Position numbers and translations under genes: made by a program
Shown: one piece after another, positions 1-8,449 of the stretch
Layout: each line of letters begins with the position of its first letter
Position numbering within the stretch: the first letter of the stretch is position 1
The notes under the pieces: model-generated
The model's database searches: none
What the model was told of the DNA's origin: nothing
Seen by the model: only the letters and a program-made list of their open reading frames with translations
From: Chlamydiales bacterium
GTDB taxonomy: Bacteria; Chlamydiota; Chlamydiia; Chlamydiales; JBFIDQ01
Assembly: GCA_041603795.1 (NCBI GenBank)
Contig: JBFIDQ010000003.1
Coordinates: 1-38,453, forward strand
DNA: 38,453 nucleotides
Direction: 5' to 3'

Positions 1-212
1 ATATCTGCCGGGACATTCGTCCCTAAAAAATGGCTCTTTCCTAGAGCCTCTCTAGTCCGAACTGACGCTATTTATGAATTCATTTCACGGAATTGGTATA
101 AGGCAGCACTGCAAAAAACGCAAATTCCTTCAAAAATACTTATATAGAAACGTATGGGTAGGGTAGAGCAAATTCGCTAAACATGGTATACCACTCTCTG
201 AGAGGAACTACT

Positions 213-1052
213 ATGCCCGACGTAAAAGATCCCGGATTTAAGGTCATTGAGGCTCAATTGCTTCAACATGACGCCGTACCCCTGTTTGGTGGCTCCCCAC
301 CTTTCCCACTTGAGCATATTCTACAAAAAGCCGGTGATCTCTTTGAAATAGAGGGCCTTACGGGACATATAGGCGGGGCTCAATGGCGCAAGCCGGAAGA
401 TCTGATGCAAGGCATGGCAACGCCTTCTATGCCCATAGACGTCGTCTGTGGCGATCTAGATGGACGTGTCATTTTTTTGCTAGCTGACCCAGAATGGGAC
501 CAACTGATGACTTGGCTTCTTACAAAAGAGGCCAAAACGTGGGGAATACCTGATTCTGGCATCCGCGAGGGATTCCTTAAGTTCGTAGCTGCTGAGACTC
601 TCAGCCTTCTCTCCCAAGAAGAGAGCTATGGTGACATCTCCTTCCGCCTCGCTGATCATAAAAAACTTCCCGATGAACCTACCTTTTGCGTCGATCTAAC
701 CCTCAAGTACAAAGGCGAAAAGATTTCAGGTCGAGCGCTCATCACCTCCTCTTTCCATCGCAGCTGGAGCGAGCGATTCGCTCCGCGCAAACCGACCGAG
801 ATCACTCCCGAAATGGCTGTCACCCTAGAAGTCGATGTCCATCTGGAGATGGGGCGCGTTGCTCTCAGTCAGACCGAATGGTCAACCCTGCAGGCAGGCG
901 ACTGCCTTCTCCTTGATCAATGTGGATGGGATATGGATGCTGGCGAAGGGCCTGTGGTCTTGACGTCAGATAACAATGCGTTATATCAAGGAAAAATGAA
1001 TAATCAAGGTACCATCCAAATCACGCAAGTGGCGACAGGGACCCAAAGGTAA
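213..1052 (+). CDS. sctQ: Type III secretion sorting-platform protein SctQ/CdsQ, N-terminal part (FliM-like, one SPOA domain)
   Basis: C-terminal SPOA-like segment LEVDVHLEMGRVALSQTEWSTLQAGDCLLLD; adjacent to a FliN-like ORF and a pkn5-like kinase as in chlamydial T3SS loci. ATG 213 is preferred over 183 because GAGAGG precedes it. Confidence 0.75.
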   Translation: MPDVKDPGFKVIEAQLLQHDAVPLFGGSPPFPLEHILQKAGDLFEIEGLTGHIGGAQWRKPEDLMQGMATPSMPIDVVCGDLDGRVIFLLADPEWDQLMTWLLTKEAKTWGIPDSGIREGFLKFVAAETLSLLSQEESYGDISFRLADHKKLPDEPTFCVDLTLKYKGEKISGRALITSSFHRSWSERFAPRKPTEITPEMAVTLEVDVHLEMGRVALSQTEWSTLQAGDCLLLDQCGWDMDAGEGPVVLTSDNNALYQGKMNNQGTIQITQVATGTQR

Positions 1053-1055
1053 ATC

Positions 1056-1517
1056 ATGAAAGATGAAGAGACGCTTCCGGAAGACGAAGAACTTGAGAAC
1101 GAGGTAACTCCCCTCGACATCGATATGGATCTTGATATCGATGAGGAGGACGAGGGCACCCTCGAGGAAGAAGACGAGGACGAGGAAACAGAAGAAGACG
1201 AGGACGAGGAAACAGAAGAAGAGGAAGAAGAGGTGACCTATGAAGAATCCTCCGAACCTGAGGTGCCAATTGCTGCGGCTATACGCCCCGATAAGCCCAT
1301 CGACATTCATGACGTACCTCTTCACGTGGTCATCGAAGCGGGACGACTCAAGATGTCCCTGCAACAACTCCTCGACCTCAAAGCGGGTAATCTTCTCGAG
1401 CTTGGAATCACACCACAAACGGGTGTCAACTTGGTCGTATCCGGAAAAGTTGTCGGCCGAGGTGAACTCGTACGAGTAGGCGATGCCTTGGGAGTACGGG
1501 TCCTTGAAAAGGGGTAG
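1056..1517 (+). CDS. SctQ C-terminal / FliN-like SPOA protein with acidic N-terminal linker
   Basis: DVPLHVVIEAGRLKMSLQQLLDLKAGNLLEL...VVGRGELVRVGDALGVRV is a classic FliN/YscQ-C SPOA domain. It is in the same frame as the upstream ORF, after TAA-ATC. Confidence 0.85.
   Translation: MKDEETLPEDEELENEVTPLDIDMDLDIDEEDEGTLEEEDEDEETEEDEDEETEEEEEEVTYEESSEPEVPIAAAIRPDKPIDIHDVPLHVVIEAGRLKMSLQQLLDLKAGNLLELGITPQTGVNLVVSGKVVGRGELVRVGDALGVRVLEKG
1167..1222 (+). repeat. 24-bp tandem repeat (2 exact copies plus a partial) encoding EEDEDEET
   Basis: GAAGAAGACGAGGACGAGGAAACA at 1167-1190 and 1191-1214. Confidence 0.9.
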
Positions 1518-1522
1518 TTTCA

Positions 1523-3043
1523 TTGCCAGCTTCAGAATTTCATAAGCAATCCACTCAACCAATCCTCACCTCCGGTGAGGAGGGGGAACTCCCTAAGCAG
1601 ATAGGGCGCTTTACCATTGAGAAATCGATGGGAGAAGGCGGGATGAGTCGGCTCGCCTTGGCGACGGATTCGAAGTCGGGAGAGCCCGTCGTTATAAAAC
1701 TAATCGCCGAGAAACAGAGGGGAAAGGAATTCGCCCGCGATATCCTCAAAGAGGAAGGCGAGATTCTGCAGCAACTGAATCACAAAGGTGTGGTCACTCT
1801 CGTGGAAAAGGGCGACGATTGGATTGCCTTGAAATACATCTCGGGCGTATCCCTCCGGCAACTCCTGCAAAGAAGCGCTCCGTCCGTTCAGCGCGCCCTC
1901 GACCTCAGCATAGGTCTCGGCGAGACAATCGCCTACCTCCACAAGAAGGGCGTCATCCATCGCGACATCAAACCTGAAAACGTGCTGGTCAATGATCAGG
2001 GGAAGCTTATTTTACTCGACTTCGGCATCGCCCTCCGCAAAGGTGCCACTCATCAGTCCACACCAAAAGTTCTAGGCACACCGTTCTATATGAGTCCGGA
2101 GCAAAAACAGGATCCACAGGCGGTGACCTTCGCCTCAGATCTCTATTCTCTAGCCCTGGTCACCTACGAAATGCTCATCGGCAAGCCAAGCGAGGGTCGC
2201 GTAAAAATCGCTCTTCTGCCAAAAGGACTTCACTCTCTCTTTCGAAAAGCGCTCCAGCCGCAGCCGTCAGATCGCCCTAAAGATGTAAAAACCTTCATCG
2301 CGGCGCTAAAAGAGTACCGTGATTCAGATCGACTCGAAAAAGAAATGCGCGGTGTTGACTGGGTACGAAGCAAGGCAGAAGGGATCCACGACGCACAGTC
2401 GACGTCGCTACCGACGACCCCACCTAACTGGAACCGTATCGACGTAGGGGTCGCTTTCCACCCAGGTGCTGCCCTAACGGGCCTCTTCTTCGACTTCCTG
2501 GACCTCCCAGAGGGGGCCAAAGCGCTAGTTTTAGGAGAGCCTGAGGAGGGTGTAAAAGGAGCCGCTTACCATAGCGGATACATCAGAGGACTTTTTCGCG
2601 CTCTTGGTCCGCTCACAGCCGATCCAATTCAACTCATGAAAATGGTCAATGAGATCGTCTGCTCAAACGAGTCACCTCCTAAATTCCGAGTGAGTTACCT
2701 AATGCTTGGGGCAGGGACCAATTCCCTGCAGTTCGTTACCGCCGGACCCCAGCAGTTTTGGCAAATTGCATCCGGAACCCAACAAGCACGGCTCCACAAA
2801 GGAGCAGATCCCTTGCTCGGAGCGAAGCAAGGATCCAACTACCACTCGATCAAACTCAAGTGGTCCAAAGGCGACCGCATCGTCATAAGCCGCTTTCCCG
2901 TGGAAGAAGAGACCCTTACCGCAGCGCTAAGTGAAGACGAACAAAAGCTCGCACAGACCGTACTGCGGCACACAATCAGGCAGAGCGCCCATCGCCCTGA
3001 CCCAAGAGCCGCTGCCGTCTTCTGCCTTAAAAACTCTAACTAA
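1523..3043 (+). CDS. pkn5: Hanks-type Ser/Thr kinase (Pkn5-like) with a C-terminal degenerate PP2C/SpoIIE-like domain
   Basis: Kinase motifs GEGGMS, VVIK, HRDIKPEN, DFG, GTPFYMSPE, SDLYSL. The C-terminus GLFFDFLDL...ALVLGE...KGDRIVI resembles SpoIIE. It lies directly downstream of sctQ. Confidence 0.8.
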   Translation: MPASEFHKQSTQPILTSGEEGELPKQIGRFTIEKSMGEGGMSRLALATDSKSGEPVVIKLIAEKQRGKEFARDILKEEGEILQQLNHKGVVTLVEKGDDWIALKYISGVSLRQLLQRSAPSVQRALDLSIGLGETIAYLHKKGVIHRDIKPENVLVNDQGKLILLDFGIALRKGATHQSTPKVLGTPFYMSPEQKQDPQAVTFASDLYSLALVTYEMLIGKPSEGRVKIALLPKGLHSLFRKALQPQPSDRPKDVKTFIAALKEYRDSDRLEKEMRGVDWVRSKAEGIHDAQSTSLPTTPPNWNRIDVGVAFHPGAALTGLFFDFLDLPEGAKALVLGEPEEGVKGAAYHSGYIRGLFRALGPLTADPIQLMKMVNEIVCSNESPPKFRVSYLMLGAGTNSLQFVTAGPQQFWQIASGTQQARLHKGADPLLGAKQGSNYHSIKLKWSKGDRIVISRFPVEEETLTAALSEDEQKLAQTVLRHTIRQSAHRPDPRAAAVFCLKNSN

Positions 3044-3100
3044 TGTCAGTTCGACCTGCAGCCCGGCCGCAAGTTGATGCAAATCGGAGCCCAAAGCTAC

Positions 3101-4522
3101 CTATCCTCCAGACTGGAGAAGCTGATCAAATCGGATAAGTGAGGTGAAATAGCCGGAGGCTGCAACTGCACTTGAGAGATCACCTTCGTAGATCAGTATT
3201 GGACGTACTGAGGTGGTCGTTGGCACCTTTAGGCGGTCGATTTTTTCGGCCATCTCATCAATCACGGCGCTCCCTATTTTTTTGCGAAACTTGATTTCGC
3301 AGACGTACATGCAATGGTGAGTTTGTATCAGAAGATCGATTTGGCACCCTTTCCGACGCTGAGTGCGATTTTGGTAGTAGGGAGCTGCGCTTAAAACGTT
3401 GCTCGGTGCTATGTCGAGCAGCTTTTGAACCTGCAAAAGATTGTTGAAAACCAGGTTCTCAAACTGAAGGCCCATAATGCTGCTCCATTCAGGCAACTGC
3501 TCCAACCCTATGTTTTCATATAGACCCTGCTCAATCAGTTCTTTTTTTGGAGCGATGTATTTCAGGTAGAAACGAAGGTAGTTGTCACGTAGGCGAAATT
3601 TACTCTGCTTAGGCTTCTTTTTGTTTCCACTCCAAACGTAGTCTCTTTGGATAAATCCTGATTGCATCAGAATCGTCAGCTTTTTGCTAAAGCCGCCTGT
3701 CGGCTGGATCGCGAGCTTTTCGCATAGCGGACCGAGTTCAAGAGCGCCATCTACCAAAGCTTCTACTATTTTCTTGTAATCACTTGCACGTGACTCAAAG
3801 ATGTCGCGGAATATCTTTTCGAACTCTCCAAAGAGGATGCCACCCGACATGAAGCATAATTCTTTGATATTCTGTTCGGCTGTTTTTCCAGGTTGAATCT
3901 CTTCCAAGTAGCGCGGGACTCCGCCCGTAATCCCTAGGATCTTAAATTTCTCATACGCGGAGACGTGTGGTGCAGTGGCCCAAAACTGATTCGCATCATG
4001 CAGCGGCATCTCGTCAAGATGCAGGGTAAGTGAGATGCGCCCCATAAATCCCTTGTCACTAAGAATATTCTCCTCTATCCATGAGGAGACGGAACCACAG
4101 AGAATAAGAATGAGGTCTTTGTTTTTTTTGAACCTCGTATCCCACACTCCCTTCAGTTTCCCTGAAAAGTCTTTGTCACGACTTCCCATCCAACTAATCT
4201 CATCCAAGAAAACAATGACGGGCCCTTGTTCGCTGAAAGCTGCTAACGTAGTCAACGCTGCGGTCCAGCTATCAAATTTCATAGGGGGGATTTTGAAGGC
4301 TATGCCGATTTGCTCCCCAAAGTGATCGAGTTGATCCTGGTTGGTCATCTCCTTTCTTGGAGCGAGTCCATAAAACTCAAGGAAACGCGATCCTTCTGCG
4401 AAGTGCTCGATGAGGGTGCTTTTTCCGATCCGCCTCCGGCCACTGCAAACAATTAGCCCCGCAGTTTTTCTTCCACGAAATTCTTTTAGGCGCTTGAGCT
4501 CAGGTTCTCTACCGATGAACAT
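3101..4522 (-). CDS. P-loop ATPase (archaeal-type ATPase_2 family) with probable wHTH and C-terminal PD-(D/E)XK (DUF234-like) domain
   Basis: MFIGRE start, Walker A GRRRIGKS, Walker B VIVFLDE, GGVPRYL, and QIDLLI...VCEIK. Confidence 0.85.
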   Translation of the reverse strand: MFIGREPELKRLKEFRGRKTAGLIVCSGRRRIGKSTLIEHFAEGSRFLEFYGLAPRKEMTNQDQLDHFGEQIGIAFKIPPMKFDSWTAALTTLAAFSEQGPVIVFLDEISWMGSRDKDFSGKLKGVWDTRFKKNKDLILILCGSVSSWIEENILSDKGFMGRISLTLHLDEMPLHDANQFWATAPHVSAYEKFKILGITGGVPRYLEEIQPGKTAEQNIKELCFMSGGILFGEFEKIFRDIFESRASDYKKIVEALVDGALELGPLCEKLAIQPTGGFSKKLTILMQSGFIQRDYVWSGNKKKPKQSKFRLRDNYLRFYLKYIAPKKELIEQGLYENIGLEQLPEWSSIMGLQFENLVFNNLLQVQKLLDIAPSNVLSAAPYYQNRTQRRKGCQIDLLIQTHHCMYVCEIKFRKKIGSAVIDEMAEKIDRLKVPTTTSVRPILIYEGDLSSAVAASGYFTSLIRFDQLLQSGG

Positions 4523-4544
4523 ATTGGATCCATAGGGTATATCT

Positions 4545-4690
4545 CTGACTGAACAATACCCTTATGTCGATTTTCAGTCAACAATAACCCCTACAAAACT
4601 GACTAAAGAACGACAATACGTCAATTTTCAGTCAGTAAAATTGAGTACCTTAGCTGACTGAATAACAATATTGTCGTCTAGTTTCAGCTA
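4545..4690. repeat. Three ~37-bp imperfect palindromic units (CTGACTRAA...TTTCAG) at 54-55 bp period
   Basis: Units at 4545-4581, 4599-4635 and 4654-4690. Confidence 0.75.
4553..4581 (-). promoter_or_regulatory. Putative sigma66/sigma70 promoter of the ATPase gene
   Basis: TTGACT-N17-TATTGT on the minus strand, about 30 nt upstream of ATG 4522. Confidence 0.5.
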
Positions 4691-4796
4691 CTGTGTGCTT
4701 TTTTAAGCGTTGGCAATTTTATGATTGGGGCCCAATTATTCTTGTTTTCCATACGGCAGGAGTTCTAGGCCTGCCCCTTCGCGTTCAATTGAAGGG

Positions 4797-7364
4797 CTAA
4801 CTTTCCTGTTTCTTCATGTGTCCGCTGAGAACCTTGGTCATCTGAAACATTTGCATTGGCTCGTCACTTCCGAAGACCTTTGCGAGTTTTGCATCTGGGA
4901 TGATCATGCGCTTGTCTTTTGGATCCTGCAAATTGTGCTCTTTGATGTAGACCCATACCTGCTTGGTCACTTGCGTGCGCGGCATCTCTTTCGCTCCTAC
5001 GATGTCGCCAAGCTCCGGTGTCAGATCGACTGGCGGCATGTTGCGCGGCTTTGTTGGCTTCTTTCTTGTCTTCTTAGCAGCGGCCTTTTTGCCCTTGGCG
5101 CCCTTCCGTTCCTTCTTCACATACGGCGTACGTTCGTGATTGGGGTACTTCTCTGCCAACTTGCTGAGGTCGTTAACAATGACGTTGCAGTCGGGAAACG
5201 TGGAGCAGGAAAAGAATGTCTTTCCAAAGCGCGATTTACGCGCTGAGAGTCGACCCTCGCATCCGATCGCTGGACACTGCGGCATGTCCTCCGGAGGGAT
5301 AAATTCCTCGCCAACCTTTGGAATATTGACGATGCCCTTACAGTCAGGGTATTTGGAACATCCAAGGAAAGGACCATAACGTCCGTGGCGCAGCGTCATT
5401 TCATTCTGACAAAGGTAACACTTTTGATCCCAGTCGAAATTTTCTGCGTAGTCCGCCTTATCGAACTTCATCTCCTGCTCTGTTGTCGTATAGTCGCAGT
5501 CCGGGTAACCCGAGCAACCCAGGAAATAGCGCGAACGCGACCAGATCTTTTGCAGAGGCTTGCCACACTTGGGGCAGTCGATTTCCGTATCGATCTTAGG
5601 AACGTGCGCTTCCTTTTCAGCGATCTCTACTAGAGGGAAGAAATCCTTCCAGAAGTCACGTAGCAGCTCCTTCCAGTTCTGTTCACCCTCAGCAACCCGT
5701 TCCAGGGCATCTTCCATTCCCGACGTGAAGTCCGTGTTCATAATCATCGGAAAGCTTGTCTCGAGCATGGCCGCGATGACCCGTCCGAGTTCCGTAGGAA
5801 TCAAGCGACCACTTTCCTTCACCGTATACGAACGGCTCTGGATTTTGTTCATAATCGCAGCGTAGGTGGACGGACGTCCCACTCCGGATTTTTCCAGTTC
5901 TTTGACTAGGGAAGCCTCAGAAAATCGTGCGGGAGGTCGAGTAAACGCTTGCTCGGATGAAACATCCTTCAGGCTAATCGGTGCACCCACTGCGAGATCC
6001 GGCAAAATTTTCGGATCATCAACTTCCTGATCCTCATCACTTTTCTCCTCATAGACGATCAAGAATCCGCTAAACTTAATCGTCGACCCTGTAGCGCGGA
6101 GAAGAAGATTCGTATCCGTCACAATATCGGCTGACACCGTATCGTACACGGCTGGATTCATCTGCGAAGCAAGGAAGCGCTTCCATATGAGGCAATAGAG
6201 GAGAAACTGATCGCGATCGAGTTTGCCCTCTAGGAGTTCTGGTGTATTTGCGAGACTCGTAGGGCGTATCGCCTCGTGAGCGTCTTGCGCGCTTTTCTTC
6301 GACGAGAACACGCGTGGTTTTGCCGGAAGGTAGTCATCGCCATATTTTCCCTTGATGAACGTACGCGCCTCTTCTACAGCCTCGGGTTCGATACGGACCG
6401 AATCCGTACGCATATAAGTAATCAGACCCTCAGGACCATCATTACCTAAGTCAACACCCTCGTAGAGGCCCTGTGCAGCCTTCATCGTGCGCAGAGCGGA
6501 AAATCCGTGGTAGCGGCTTGCCTCCTGCTGGATCGTTGACGTGATGAAAGGAGGCACCGGATTGCGTCGCTTTTCCTTCTTGTCCACCCGAGTGATCGAG
6601 AACTTGGAGCCGTTAAGCTTTGCGACGATATCGCCAGCCAACTGCTCATTGTTCACCAGAGCGAAATCTTGTCCCTCAACGAGTTCCTTCTCGACCCGCT
6701 TGCCATCGATCGAGTGCAGAGCCGCAGAAAATGTCTTGCCGTTCTCTTCCAGCTTAAGGGTCGTGCCAATGTTCCAGTACTCCACCGGATTAAACGCCTC
6801 GATCTCCTTTTCCCGATCGACAACGAGCTTGAGTGCAACTGACTGCACACGTCCAGCAGAGACCGTTCCTTCCTTGCCACGTTGAACACGTCGATTGAGG
6901 ATAGGTGAGATTTTATACCCTACGATTCTATCGAGCAGGCGGCGTGCCTGCTGTGCGTCGACGAGATCCTGATCGATCTCTCTCGGATTATTCAACGCCT
7001 CTTGCACCGCATCTTTTGTAATCGCGTTGAACGTAGCCCGCTTACATTTTGTGCCCTCTGGGAGGATGTTGGCAATGTGCCAAGCGATCGCCTCTCCCTC
7101 ACGGTCGGGGTCAGGTGAGAGGTAAACCGTTTCCACCTTCTTAGCAGCCGCGATCAGCTTTTTGATCACATCCTTCTTATCACTTAGCGTCTCATACGTA
7201 GGCTCGAAGTCCGCCTCGATATCGATTCCAAACCCCCGCTCGGGCAAATCTCGAACGTGACCGACCGACGACTCAAAGAGGAAGTCAGGACCAAGAAATT
7301 TTCGCAGAGTCTTAATTTTCGCAGGTGACTCGACGATGATGAGGGACTTTCCCTTACTACTCAT
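4797..7364 (-). CDS. topA: DNA topoisomerase I with zinc ribbons and a C-terminal SWIB domain
   Basis: IVESPAK, DPDREGEAI, SAGRVQS, ITYMRTDS, three C4 zinc ribbons, and a SWIB tail (PRTQVTKQVWVYIKEHNLQDPKDKRMIIPDAKLAKVF). The TopA-SWIB fusion is characteristic of chlamydiae. Confidence 0.97.
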   Translation of the reverse strand: MSSKGKSLIIVESPAKIKTLRKFLGPDFLFESSVGHVRDLPERGFGIDIEADFEPTYETLSDKKDVIKKLIAAAKKVETVYLSPDPDREGEAIAWHIANILPEGTKCKRATFNAITKDAVQEALNNPREIDQDLVDAQQARRLLDRIVGYKISPILNRRVQRGKEGTVSAGRVQSVALKLVVDREKEIEAFNPVEYWNIGTTLKLEENGKTFSAALHSIDGKRVEKELVEGQDFALVNNEQLAGDIVAKLNGSKFSITRVDKKEKRRNPVPPFITSTIQQEASRYHGFSALRTMKAAQGLYEGVDLGNDGPEGLITYMRTDSVRIEPEAVEEARTFIKGKYGDDYLPAKPRVFSSKKSAQDAHEAIRPTSLANTPELLEGKLDRDQFLLYCLIWKRFLASQMNPAVYDTVSADIVTDTNLLLRATGSTIKFSGFLIVYEEKSDEDQEVDDPKILPDLAVGAPISLKDVSSEQAFTRPPARFSEASLVKELEKSGVGRPSTYAAIMNKIQSRSYTVKESGRLIPTELGRVIAAMLETSFPMIMNTDFTSGMEDALERVAEGEQNWKELLRDFWKDFFPLVEIAEKEAHVPKIDTEIDCPKCGKPLQKIWSRSRYFLGCSGYPDCDYTTTEQEMKFDKADYAENFDWDQKCYLCQNEMTLRHGRYGPFLGCSKYPDCKGIVNIPKVGEEFIPPEDMPQCPAIGCEGRLSARKSRFGKTFFSCSTFPDCNVIVNDLSKLAEKYPNHERTPYVKKERKGAKGKKAAAKKTRKKPTKPRNMPPVDLTPELGDIVGAKEMPRTQVTKQVWVYIKEHNLQDPKDKRMIIPDAKLAKVFGSDEPMQMFQMTKVLSGHMKKQES

Positions 7365-7366
7365 TT

Positions 7367-8449
7367 TTAGCTAGCCTTTTTATAGATCTTACCAGGATAC
7401 TCTTTTATCGCTTTTTTTAAGAGTAAAGACATAAGTAGAATATTAACCTTAACTGTGGGCAATCCCGTAAGCCGCGTTATTTCATCTACTCCACGCTCCC
7501 CTTCGTTCAAAGCGTTCATAATCGTCATCTCAGTAGAATTCAAATTATTTTTTTTATTCATCACTGCACGCTGAGGAAATAGCGTGTCAAAATAGGAGGC
7601 GATCTCTCCAGCTGTCTCGACAAGTTGGGTATCCCCCGCCTTAAGCAAAGCGTGGTTCCCTCGAAAATTTTCTTGATCCACTCGACCTGGCAGGGCGAAG
7701 GTGGGCCTCTCTTCTTTAATGGACCGGCGCATGGTCTGCATGGCCCCACTTTTCAGGGGCGCTTCGATGAGCAGGGCCGCTCGCGTCATGCCACTTACAA
7801 TACGGTTTCTCTGTGGAAAATTCTGTCGGTCTGGCGGTGCGAGGAGAGGAAATTCGCTAATCAGGGCGCCATTGGCCACGATGCGCTCTGCCAGCTGCTC
7901 GTTTTCTTGTGGGTAGAGGCGGAGGAGTCCGGATCCGATCACGCCAATGGTCCGTCCCCTCTCAAGAGCGCCGGTGTGAGCGGCCGTGTCGATTCCGCGG
8001 GCGAGTCCACTCACCACAGTAAAGCCGGCGGAGGCCAGATCGCGCGCAAAGGAGGCGGCCATTTCCCGCCCATAGATCGTCGCTTGTCGCGTCCCTACAA
8101 TAGCCAATCCTTGAGCATCTTGTGGAGTCAGTGTGCCTTTCACGTAAAGAAGCACTGGCGCATCGGGAAGTTTTTTTAGAAGACGCGGGTAGGAGGGGTC
8201 GTCACAGGTAATGAGATCAATCCCGTTACGTTCCGCCAACTCCATCTCTTCCTCAGCCTGCTGCAGATAGTCCGCTGCAAAAAAGGAGTTGATTACAGCA
8301 GGACCGAATCCAGGCAATGCACGAAGTGCATCTTCCGTTGCATGAAGAGCCTCCTGAGCGCTCTCAAAGTTCATGATTAGTTGTCGGATGCGCACCGCAC
8401 CGAGGTGCGGCACTTTTGCTAGAGCGATCCGTGCCAACGTTTCGTTCAC
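7367..8449 (-). CDS. dprA: DNA-processing protein DprA/Smf
   Basis: AIVGTR, VVSGLARGIDTAAH, FPQRNRIVSG, C-terminal wHTH; classic dprA-topA synteny. Confidence 0.95.
   Translation of the reverse strand: MNETLARIALAKVPHLGAVRIRQLIMNFESAQEALHATEDALRALPGFGPAVINSFFAADYLQQAEEEMELAERNGIDLITCDDPSYPRLLKKLPDAPVLLYVKGTLTPQDAQGLAIVGTRQATIYGREMAASFARDLASAGFTVVSGLARGIDTAAHTGALERGRTIGVIGSGLLRLYPQENEQLAERIVANGALISEFPLLAPPDRQNFPQRNRIVSGMTRAALLIEAPLKSGAMQTMRRSIKEERPTFALPGRVDQENFRGNHALLKAGDTQLVETAGEIASYFDTLFPQRAVMNKKNNLNSTEMTIMNALNEGERGVDEITRLTGLPTVKVNILLMSLLLKKAIKEYPGKIYKKAS

Noticed and set aside
981-1562. 193-aa antisense ORF and other short shadow ORFs throughout the window
   Set aside because: They lie opposite or within well-supported genes; the F/L-rich stretch only mirrors the acidic repeat.
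4545-4690. Possible mini-CRISPR array
   Set aside because: Units have variable cores, the gaps are only 17-18 bp, and no cas genes are present; an operator array fits better.
4755-4797. Terminator after topA (two overlapping hairpins)
   Set aside because: Short stems and no T-tract on the minus strand.
4797-5040. SWIB domain on TopA as a novelty
   Set aside because: This is an established chlamydial feature; it was used only as a taxonomic marker.
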